From IMG/VR virus record IMGVR_UViG_3300025736_000033, positions 1 through 53,263 of that record: DNA of 53,263 nt; one strand, 5' to 3'. This document shows positions 46,284 through 53,263 of this stretch, piece by piece (positions within the stretch are counted from its first letter, which is position 1; each line of letters begins with the position of its first letter). The position numbers and the translations under genes are program-made. Source of the DNA: a virus. Taxonomy: Duplodnaviria > Caudoviricetes. The notes under the pieces are model-generated. The model was not told the DNA's origin. It searched no databases and saw only the letters and a program-made list of their open reading frames with translations.

Positions 46284-46949
46284 TTACCACGGCTTTGCAG
46301 CTTCATAGGCTGTCTTGTAAGCACCTGTTGAACCGTAGGAATACGGCGAGATAGGCTCTGGCTCATCATATTCAAACTCGTAGTCGTTCAGCATCTCTAT
46401 CGCCTTCTCCAGTACCATAATCTCTTTCTCAGCAGATCCTATGGCTACGGTCAGCCACTGGATGGTGTCGGTCAGGCATGTTTTCAGGAACGAACCATCA
46501 GTATTACTGCATTTCAGCCTCTTATTCACACCTTTAATGAACTTGATCTGCTTCTTCATGCCCTTGATCTTGTCCTTCTCACCTATGATACCGTTCCGGA
46601 ACGTATCGTTTATGCTCCCGATCACATCCATCTTCGTAACACGTTCGCCTGACAGCTGGATGATCGACATGAGTGAGCCGGCCATCTTCTGACAAGCCAG
46701 TTGCTCGGTATTGTCTACTTCACGCTGACCAGTCCGGTCATAGTAAGCACGCTCCTGTGAATTGCTCAGTATCTCGTAAGCTATGGCTATCTGTACGAAC
46801 TTCTCAGCAGCACCGCCATCAGGGTTCTGATCTGGGTGATATTTGAAAGCCAGCTTACGGTAAGCGGCCTTGATTACAGCATCGTCTGCGTCCCTTGCTA
46901 CTCCCAGCACCTCGTAAGGGTCAGGTGGTCTAACGATTGGAGTGCTCAT
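46284..46949 (-). CDS. J-domain (DnaJ-like) protein
   Basis: DPYEVLGV...[17 protein letters not shown]...AYEILS..RAYYD. Confidence 0.9.
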   Translation of the reverse strand: MSTPIVRPPDPYEVLGVARDADDAVIKAAYRKLAFKYHPDQNPDGGAAEKFVQIAIAYEILSNSQERAYYDRTGQREVDNTEQLACQKMAGSLMSIIQLSGERVTKMDVIGSINDTFRNGIIGEKDKIKGMKKQIKFIKGVNKRLKCSNTDGSFLKTCLTDTIQWLTVAIGSAEKEIMVLEKAIEMLNDYEFEYDEPEPISPYSYGSTGAYKTAYEAAKPW

Positions 46950-47130
46950 TGGTATTAACATCCCTTCCCAGTGCCTTGCGTGCTTGTATAATGAACCAGT
47001 AAGCAGTGTGATGTTTGGCCAATGGTCCCTGATCTGCCATCTTTATCAGTGCATCCTCCAGTGCTGTGATCTTACGCTTCAGGTTGAGTACTTCTGTGCG
47101 GTGGGCTATCAGTGTCAGGTTGCGGCTCAT
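46930..47130 (-). CDS. Hypothetical protein
   Basis: 66 aa, AAGGA RBS. Confidence 0.55.
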   Translation of the reverse strand: MSRNLTLIAHRTEVLNLKRKITALEDALIKMADQGPLAKHHTAYWFIIQARKALGRDVNTNEHSNR

Positions 47131-47143
47131 TTGGTTGCCATCC

Positions 47144-47341
47144 TTATATCCTATACCCGTGTATGTGGTTTTTCCTTTGATAGCAGCCCGACGCTAGTTC
47201 CATCCAATCGCTGCTGCCGTTTACAATATGGCCCATCTTACCGACGCTTGCCCATCGAATGCTGTCGCATTTTGGGCATCGCTTAGGCCGCACGGTGAAT
47301 GTTTCCCAATCATGCCCGCACTTATTACAATGCCTATCCAT
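47144..47341 (-). CDS. Zinc-ribbon protein
   Basis: MDRHCNKCGHDW...PKRCPKCDS; GGAGG RBS. Confidence 0.6.
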   Translation of the reverse strand: MDRHCNKCGHDWETFTVRPKRCPKCDSIRWASVGKMGHIVNGSSDWMELASGCYQRKNHIHGYRI

Positions 47342-47552
47342 TGGACACCTCCCGCAACTCACGGTGCTGCTTACAGTGATCTGCACAGCAGTACCCGCCA
47401 TTGTGGGTGTGCCTGACTTCACAGCCTGGTAGTAGGCAGTCGCGTTCCTTACTGGGTGCTGGGTGGTAGTTGTGAATTGGTGGTGGCAACTTGCCCCAGA
47501 GTGCGTATGTGAACATTGCCGAAGCCACTGCGTGTACTGTTTTCTTACTCAT
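47334..47552 (-). CDS. Cys/His-rich hypothetical protein
   Basis: 72 aa, CLLPGC...YCCADHC. Confidence 0.6.
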   Translation of the reverse strand: MSKKTVHAVASAMFTYALWGKLPPPIHNYHPAPSKERDCLLPGCEVRHTHNGGYCCADHCKQHRELREVSNG

Positions 47553-47830
47553 TTGCCTATCTCCTGATTAGGCACATAATAAGCATCAACAAGATCTATT
47601 ATGGTCGCAAGTTGATGGTTGATAGTTGCATGGAATAACTGACATTCCATGTCAATTTGATTTGGCCGTTGGTTATGCCGGCCGTTGTAGTAGTCCACGG
47701 CAGCATCCCTGCGCTCTTTGAAGTCGCTCGGCTTGGCGCAGGTTTTTGGTCCGAACTTAATCATGTACCCACCAAGTATCAATGCTTCTAATATTGGCTG
47801 GTAGATTTTATAGTGTGTGCTCTTACTCAT
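47549..47830 (-). CDS. Hypothetical protein
   Basis: Start MSKSTH at 47830 with AAGGA RBS. Confidence 0.6.
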   Translation of the reverse strand: MSKSTHYKIYQPILEALILGGYMIKFGPKTCAKPSDFKERRDAAVDYYNGRHNQRPNQIDMECQLFHATINHQLATIIDLVDAYYVPNQEIGK

Positions 47831-47840
47831 GGTCTTGCAT
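47816..47840. repeat. 25-bp inverted repeat of 38896-38920
   Basis: atgcaagaccatgagtaagagcaca on + at 38896-38920 and on - at 47816-47840. Confidence 0.92.
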
Positions 47841-47855
47841 CCTTTCATTGAGTTA

Positions 47856-47910
47856 CCAGTCTCTCCTGGCTGTCACGCCTTAATAACCGGTGGCGTCCCC
47901 GGTATTGAGG
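47856..47910 (-). ncRNA. Candidate pseudoknotted intergenic RNA element
   Basis: Stem AAUACCGG/CCGGUUAUU, loop ACGCC complementary to downstream GGCGU, then CCAG-GAGAGA-CUGG hairpin. Confidence 0.4.
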
Positions 47911-47927
47911 GTATATATGTTTTTGGA

Positions 47928-48419
47928 TCAGCTAAATTTCATAGGCTTTTCCTCCCATGTCATTTCTTTCAGACGTTCGTATGATGCCCGGTAATCTATC
48001 TTGCCCTTATCGTGACAGTGATCTGTAGCCCACTGTGCCTGCTCTGGCTTCTTCTCGCGCATCCAATCTATGAACGCGGCCACTACTGCCATGCTTGAGC
48101 TATGTGCGGCGAGTGTGTTGCCCATCGTGTGATGCGACGGACATAGGATTACAATGTTTTCCTCGATGTTGTGGCGGTGTACCCCGCTCCTGCTTTTCTC
48201 GATTAGATGATGGCCGCAAGTCCCGTTGACTGAGCAACAGACCTCGCATGGATGGCCCTTGGTCAGCCGCGTCAATTCCGTATCGGCCAATTTCTTCCAG
48301 TGCTTATGGTTGCGCGGATAAGACTTTGGCTTTGCAGGCTTTTTCTTAGCCTTCTTAGGCTTACGAGCTATACCAGAACGCTTCACTCCGACAGCTCCGT
48401 TACCGCAGTCCTCAGACAC
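47928..48419 (-). CDS. NinG/Rap-like HNH-type nuclease
   Basis: KLAD..., CEVC, GHH....RS, NIVILCPSHH. Confidence 0.65.
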   Translation of the reverse strand: MSEDCGNGAVGVKRSGIARKPKKAKKKPAKPKSYPRNHKHWKKLADTELTRLTKGHPCEVCCSVNGTCGHHLIEKSRSGVHRHNIEENIVILCPSHHTMGNTLAAHSSSMAVVAAFIDWMREKKPEQAQWATDHCHDKGKIDYRASYERLKEMTWEEKPMKFS

Positions 48420-49414
48420 TTCACAGCACCATTCAGGATACCACGTAGCTGCTGAACAGCCTTCAGTGCAACATCACTTGAAACTGGTGGGATCTGTAGA
48501 GCGCAGAGATCAGTAGCCAGAGATTCAAGCTTGTCCTTGTCCGGAGCAGCGAGTGCTTTCTGTTTGGCTTCCTTCTCAGCTTTGAGTCTAGCTACTTCAG
48601 CATCCTTCTCTGCCTGCTCAGAAGCAAGACGTAACCGTTCCTCTTCGAAGTCCCGGTCCTGTGCTTCCTTCTTCATACGTTCAGCTTCTGCCTCTACTGC
48701 CTTCTTCTCAGCTTCCAGCTTCTTACGAGCCAGCTCTGCCTTCTTCAGTTCTGCCTGGGCTTTCTTCTGTGAAGCCAGATTAGCCGCCTTGAGCTTGGCG
48801 TTCTCAGCTTCTATTCGCTCACGTTCCGCTTTTTCAGCAGCACGGGCCTCTTCGGCAGCCTTTTCCTTGGCTTCCTTCTCAGCTTCTATGCGCCTAGCTT
48901 CTGCCTGTTCGGCTTCCTTGGTGGCTTTGTAGCGTAGCTGGAATGTCTCGTGTAGCTTGCTGAAGTCGTCTTCGCTCATCTCGCCCAGATTGAAGTGCTG
49001 ACAGTCAACACCCAAAGCTTCCAGCTTAGATGTACGTTCGGCAACAATCATAAAGGCACGTTCAGCCTCAAGCCTCTTTATAAAGTTCTCTTGCTCCTGC
49101 AAGCCTTCTTCGACAGGAACAATAACGAACTTGATAACATTCGCCATGCCATCAATCGCCTTGCCCTCACGTAGACAACTCTCTTTAAGCCTCTTCCTTG
49201 TGTTTTCTACGTCACTTCTGATCTTCTTCAGCCCAAGCCGTGTGACCCTGGCTGTCTGCATTGCGTCTATGTCATCAACGCTCGTGACCTTAACGGTCTT
49301 GGCAGTTTCCAACAGCCCCTGCACTTCTTCCATGAAGGGGTTGAAGGTTACTGCCAGTGCGTTGTGCTTCTCAGGCTCTAACCCTGATTCGTATTTCTGC
49401 ATCTCTTCGGTCAT
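48383..49414 (-). CDS. Coiled-coil protein of recombination module
   Basis: 343 aa; RKRLKE..LREGKAIDG, long EAK-rich coil, APDKDKL. Confidence 0.75.
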   Translation of the reverse strand: MTEEMQKYESGLEPEKHNALAVTFNPFMEEVQGLLETAKTVKVTSVDDIDAMQTARVTRLGLKKIRSDVENTRKRLKESCLREGKAIDGMANVIKFVIVPVEEGLQEQENFIKRLEAERAFMIVAERTSKLEALGVDCQHFNLGEMSEDDFSKLHETFQLRYKATKEAEQAEARRIEAEKEAKEKAAEEARAAEKAERERIEAENAKLKAANLASQKKAQAELKKAELARKKLEAEKKAVEAEAERMKKEAQDRDFEEERLRLASEQAEKDAEVARLKAEKEAKQKALAAPDKDKLESLATDLCALQIPPVSSDVALKAVQQLRGILNGAVKCLRTAVTELSE

Positions 49415-49455
49415 CGCATTATCCCTATGCTACTTTGTTGCAGTTTTCGTTCAGA

Positions 49456-50169
49456 TCAGAACGGGAAATTCTCTTCCGCTTCAGGCTCACCACTTACCGG
49501 ATCAATACCCGCTGGCGGTTCTGACTGTTCAGGACCAGCAGGAGCAACGTCACGTATAATCTCAGGCTCGTTAGTTGCTTCTGGTATCCTGTTCGATGCT
49601 TCCTTGCGTTCCCCATATTCCTTGGACTCTGCAATAATCTCGCGTAGCCAAGTAGGCAGATCAGCAGGGAGCTCGTCTGTCTTGCAGTCATCAAAGCTGA
49701 AGTACACCAGCGGATTCTCTGACTTTGGTGCTTCCATCCCACCGGGCAGTCCCATGATAGCCTTGACATTGGAGTACACCTTCTCACCATCTGCCGATGT
49801 GTTGTGAATCACCTGAAGCTGGCAAGCTGCTCCTAGTACAGCCTTCATATCAAACCCATCAAGGTCAGCCTTCGTGAACGCTTTGCCGCGCCATGCTTCC
49901 AGGTCTTTCCGCAGTGAAGCCTTCTTGTGCAGGCTCTGTGTGTACTTATTGCTGATAGCACGTGGGAGATTAACCATTGTCCCATCGCGTTCAAACTCAG
50001 CACGTACATGAGGAAGTTCCCATGTTACCATTACTTCACGCACGTACTTGTCGTAGTGCCTATTGTGCTGAGTGCCAAGATCCACAAGGCTGTAACATAC
50101 CGCTACATGCACGCCTTCCGGTATCGGGTCATAAGTCTTGCCGCCTTCTGCTTTTACTATTAGTCCCAT
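49456..50169 (-). CDS. Putative single-stranded DNA-binding protein
   Basis: 237 aa; PEGVHVAVC...DLGTQ, SLHKKASLRKDLEAWRG, acidic tail ending FPF. Confidence 0.65.
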   Translation of the reverse strand: MGLIVKAEGGKTYDPIPEGVHVAVCYSLVDLGTQHNRHYDKYVREVMVTWELPHVRAEFERDGTMVNLPRAISNKYTQSLHKKASLRKDLEAWRGKAFTKADLDGFDMKAVLGAACQLQVIHNTSADGEKVYSNVKAIMGLPGGMEAPKSENPLVYFSFDDCKTDELPADLPTWLREIIAESKEYGERKEASNRIPEATNEPEIIRDVAPAGPEQSEPPAGIDPVSGEPEAEENFPF

Positions 50170-50173
50170 CTTC

Positions 50174-50539
50174 CTACTCCTTCTTCCCTACTGGTGTTTT
50201 ATCCAACTTCGTGTACTGTTCAAATACTTCCTTGAATCCCAATGATGGTCCCGTTGCCATCCCTACTGTTGCATCTACCGTGTCAATACCTACAACAACA
50301 TGATTGGCTATCTCATATAAGTGAGTCATACCAGCAGATAATTCTGCGATAAACTCTTCCTTAGTGTATGGCCTGTATGAAGCCTGTGCCACTACTCGGT
50401 AATCACAATGTGTCCAATCCCATGAAGGATCATCTTCACGGCTCCATGATCGTGCATCCGTGATAGCGCCAGATGATTCTATCCGCGAGCCAAGCCCAAA
50501 AGATTCCATGATAGCGATACGTTCTGCAAGTGATTTCAT
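50174..50539 (-). CDS. Hypothetical protein
   Basis: PSWDWTHCDYRV motif; TAATG coupling to exonuclease. Confidence 0.6.
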   Translation of the reverse strand: MKSLAERIAIMESFGLGSRIESSGAITDARSWSREDDPSWDWTHCDYRVVAQASYRPYTKEEFIAELSAGMTHLYEIANHVVVGIDTVDATVGMATGPSLGFKEVFEQYTKLDKTPVGKKE

Positions 50540-51429
50540 TATGCGTTCAGATCCCTCCATTTCGGTAACACCATCTCCATCACTTCAGGACTATGACCAG
50601 GCCATACACCTGTCTCAGTACATTCCTTGATAGTCTTGAGCGCGTTCTGGTATGCATCGCGCCCGTTCATCAGGTAGCCACGAGGATGTGTGGTTTCGTT
50701 GGCTTCATCATACGCTGCCAGCCCATCACATACACTTACCAGATGAGGCCATGCGCTTTCTACGAAGATGAAACTAAATGGGCAGGGTGTCTGCACTGGG
50801 TCTATCCCGTGCAGGATGCTCCAGCCATCACCGTAGAATGCTACCTGTGCATCCAAGCCATGATCGTATGCTGCCCTTACTGCTATGTACGGGTCCGACT
50901 TGCCCGTAGTCTTCAGGTCAGCCATCTCACAAGGATCATCACCGGCCATATCAGATCTCGCCTTGCACCTGATACCTGTTTCCGGATCAGTCCAGACAAA
51001 GGACACTTCACGGTAAGGTAGCCGGTCAAGGATAGCCTTGGCTTCAGCATGAGCATTCACGTTCTCAGCTACACGGAGAGCTGAAGAGATACCGTCCTTC
51101 ATCTCCGACCATTCGCCAGCAGGTAGGTATGTAACTTCTGGGTTCTCAGCACAGAGTAGTTCGTATTCTGCACCAGCCCTTCGCTTTATTGTAGAAGGCA
51201 GTGGAAAGTACTCATCCTGCTTGTCAGGTTCGAGCACAGCAGAGTGAGCCCGAGTCCCGAAGGTCATAGCCTTGGTTGCCACCATAGGCTTCTCAAGCCT
51301 GCCCTTGTAATGAGCCGCCGTGAGCCCACGGCATAGAGGCGTCAGGCTCGAGCGTGATACGAATGGCAGAGCGAAGTATTCTTCCGCTGGCATGTCGTAG
51401 TAGATACCGTCTTTAATTTCTTTGGTCAT
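50539..51429 (-). CDS. RecE/exonuclease VIII-like PD-(D/E)XK nuclease (DUF3799-like)
   Basis: YFA...SRSSL, FGTRAH, EVSFVW...CKARSD, DLKTT, QVAFY. Confidence 0.85.
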   Translation of the reverse strand: MTKEIKDGIYYDMPAEEYFALPFVSRSSLTPLCRGLTAAHYKGRLEKPMVATKAMTFGTRAHSAVLEPDKQDEYFPLPSTIKRRAGAEYELLCAENPEVTYLPAGEWSEMKDGISSALRVAENVNAHAEAKAILDRLPYREVSFVWTDPETGIRCKARSDMAGDDPCEMADLKTTGKSDPYIAVRAAYDHGLDAQVAFYGDGWSILHGIDPVQTPCPFSFIFVESAWPHLVSVCDGLAAYDEANETTHPRGYLMNGRDAYQNALKTIKECTETGVWPGHSPEVMEMVLPKWRDLNA

Positions 51430-51488
51430 TAGTTATCCTCCTAGAAATTCTCCGCGTGAGTAAGTATGCGCGGCCCACTGTTTGCTAA

Positions 51489-51695
51489 TCAGCCATCGCC
51501 AGCGCCATAGCCAGAGCCATAGCCAGAGCCATCGCCATAGCCAGAGCCATAGCCAGAGCCATCGCCAGAGCCATCGCCAGCGCCATAGCCAGAGCCATAG
51601 CCAGAGCCAGAGCCATAGCCAGAGCCAGAGCCATCGCCATAGCCAGCGCCAGAGCCATAGCCAGATGCTTTGCCCCGCATGTCTACTTTTTCCAT
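51489..51695 (-). CDS. Gly/Ser/Tyr/Asp dipeptide-repeat peptide
   Basis: 68 aa, Gly at every second position; overlaps upstream stop. Confidence 0.6.
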   Translation of the reverse strand: MEKVDMRGKASGYGSGAGYGDGSGSGYGSGSGYGSGYGAGDGSGDGSGYGSGYGDGSGYGSGYGAGDG

Positions 51696-52057
51696 ATCGC
51701 CACCCCGTCAATACTCGCCTTTGCCGCCGCTGTTGCGGGAATCACTTCGATAGCCTCCGTCAGCGTGATTGAGCTAACCTCGCAAGGGAACTTACAATCG
51801 CTAGGACTCTTCACACCCTCCATAGCCAACTGCGACAGCGTAGCCGCGCCCTTCCAAAACCAAAGCCGCCGTGCATTAACCAGTACTACCTCTTTGCCAG
51901 AACGAGATTTAAGATACCCAGCATGTACGCCCGCTGAATATGTACGGACAATCACATAGTCCATACCATCCACGCTTTCAGCCTTTGTCGGCTGAACGCT
52001 ATCCGCTGGAACGTACTTCTTGCCGTTGATGTCTATTACGTCTGCCGTCATGTTCAT
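51683..52057 (-). CDS. DUF6948-like small beta-barrel (Sm-like) protein
   Basis: 124 aa; YVIVRTYSAGVHAGYL...VVLVNARRLWFW.GA..LSQLA.EG; AAGGAGG RBS. Confidence 0.7.
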   Translation of the reverse strand: MNMTADVIDINGKKYVPADSVQPTKAESVDGMDYVIVRTYSAGVHAGYLKSRSGKEVVLVNARRLWFWKGAATLSQLAMEGVKSPSDCKFPCEVSSITLTEAIEVIPATAAAKASIDGVAIWKK

Positions 52058-52172
52058 GCCTTAGCCTCCTTGTTTGTTGATTGCACATCATTACCCAGCA
52101 AGCCAGCATGGGGGTCACTGTCTACCGAAAGAGTCTTATCAGTGATAGCTCCTTCGTAAATAATGGTATCCG

Positions 52173-52379
52173 TCATGCCAGCTCGTCAGGGTTGCTTAAT
52201 TTATCCTGCTCAGCTTCTTCAGTAGAGAGGATGTTGAATATTAAAGGTCTGAGTAATTCGGATGTGCTGTTAATCCAAGACCGCTGTTCAGACAGTGCAT
52301 CTAGTCTAGCCCAGACGGATGCTCTCATGCCGATTGATCTCTGTTCGATAGGGTCTATAGGTTTGGGCTGTGCTTTCAT
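52173..52379 (-). CDS. Ribbon-helix-helix-like regulator
   Basis: RSIGMRASVWARLDALS...STSELLR; likely start 52379 just after promoter. Confidence 0.55.
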   Translation of the reverse strand: MKAQPKPIDPIEQRSIGMRASVWARLDALSEQRSWINSTSELLRPLIFNILSTEEAEQDKLSNPDELA

Positions 52380-52388
52380 CTGATTGAG

Positions 52389-52417
52389 AGAATAGCTCCA
52401 CATGAATCCGGTGTAAA
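52389..52417 (-). promoter_or_regulatory. Sigma70-like promoter heading the recombination/replication operon
   Basis: TTTACA (52412-52417)-17-TATTCT (52389-52394). Confidence 0.6.
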
Positions 52418-52504
52418 CAACTTTCTTCATTTATTTAACCAGAGCATTTGTGGGTTCTGCACGGGCCTATCGTGTATGGGGTAGGCCAAGGTATACCCCG
52501 ACAG

Positions 52505-52533
52505 CAAGAAGCCCACGCTAGGGGAGCGTGGGC
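52505..52533 (-). terminator. Intrinsic terminator after amidase gene
   Basis: gcccacgct/agcgtgggc stem followed on minus strand by TTCTT. Confidence 0.6.
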
Positions 52534-52583
52534 CTTGCTTGCTGACCTACTGGAGAGAGATGAACTCCAGCGGGATAGTCAGG

Positions 52584-53144
52584 TCAGGTAGCGGGGGTGT
52601 TGGTGGAGGATGCGAAATATTCCTTGCTGCCCATTCCGTCGTTTAAGTGCTTAAATATGCCTTCCGGGGTCCACGTCCAGTCAGCCTCTGCAAATTCAGC
52701 GCATAGCCCGTAGCAGATTTTAACGTCAAGCTCGTTGCATGTTACGCGGTTAGATTTGGCCGATAACTTTTTCAGGAAGTCTGAGTCACGCCGCTTCCAA
52801 AGCTTGACCCATGCCGAGTAGATCAGGAGCTGGCCCCAGTCGTAGCCGGCACCGTGTTCTAGGAGTGCGCGACGGTACATGCTGGATCTCTGCGGCGGGA
52901 GCGTGTGGAGCTCCACCGTATGATACCTGTTGATTTTGCCTGCCTCCATAGCACGGTCGATATGCTCGCGTGGTGTCCAAACTACGCCCTCATCCAGCGA
53001 CTCAACAAGCAGGGTCACATGCGGAAATTGGAACTCGATGCCCGTGTGGCTGATAGCGGAATCCTCAAGGTACATGATGGCCTTCGACATACGCGCTGTG
53101 CCCGCTGTCCAGAATACGGAAACCTTGTCTATCTTGTAGTCCAT
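52584..53144 (-). CDS. Permuted papain-like (NlpC/P60, YiiX/C92) amidase
   Basis: Start MDYKID at 53144; SHTGI, VES..EGV, GAGYDW, TCNEL, TPEGI. Confidence 0.75.
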   Translation of the reverse strand: MDYKIDKVSVFWTAGTARMSKAIMYLEDSAISHTGIEFQFPHVTLLVESLDEGVVWTPREHIDRAMEAGKINRYHTVELHTLPPQRSSMYRRALLEHGAGYDWGQLLIYSAWVKLWKRRDSDFLKKLSAKSNRVTCNELDVKICYGLCAEFAEADWTWTPEGIFKHLNDGMGSKEYFASSTNTPAT

Positions 53145-53263
53145 TAAATCACTCCATGGATTTTCATCAGCCCGTACACCGTGGCAACAGATAAGACGCA
53201 AAGCACACCGCCTGTGCCCGTTGCCTTGATCGACCTGCCGCCCGGCAATGGAATCGTGATACC
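53144..53263 (-). CDS. Partial gene, C-terminal TM segment (alternative 3' end of 5637-6056 gene)
   Basis: GITIPLPGGRSIKATGTGGVLCVLSVATVYGLMKIHGVI*, TAATG coupled to amidase. Confidence 0.6.
   Translation of the reverse strand, partial: GITIPLPGGRSIKATGTGGVLCVLSVATVYGLMKIHGVI

Noticed and set aside
51433-51711. Trp/Leu-repeat ORF and plus-strand SHSQ ORF
   Set aside because: Alternative frames of the Gly-x repeat; no RBS and deeper overlap with the upstream gene. Not formally excluded.
1-53263. tRNA/rRNA genes, alternative genetic code
   Set aside because: No cloverleaf/T-loop signature noticed by eye; genes tile densely under the standard code. tRNAscan was not run.

Overview
Tailed-phage (Caudoviricetes, podovirus-like/P22-type portal) sequence, almost all genes on the minus strand. 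Right to left: RHH regulator and recombination/replication genes (RecE-like exonuclease, SSB-like, NinG-like, J-domain, minimal PolX, initiator, DNA MTase, DnaB-like ATPase), a short plus-strand early island (38.4-40.8 kb, with a beta-clamp-like gene), a possible small terminase/packaging region, a mosaic accessory block stitched by short repeats (32.6-35.7 kb), large terminase, GroES-like, portal, scaffold, capsid, tail/fibre and ejection genes. No integrase, tRNA, CRISPR array or reverse transcriptase was seen. The last 28 bp are identical to 5804-5831, so 5804-53235 may be a complete ~47.4 kb circle with 1-5803 (a second ejection-gene set) from another element. Most notable: (1) two independent cassettes of an Sm/LSm-like gene overlapped by a low-complexity peptide gene (RS/WS and GYG/GSG), one flanked by 24-bp direct repeats; (2) virion fibre/decoration proteins with signal peptides and strong S/T-Asn enrichment; (3) two promoter-leader elements with the same alternative-pairing architecture; (4) repeat-mediated module shuffling in fibre, accessory and early genes. 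All family calls are motif recognition by eye, not database searches.
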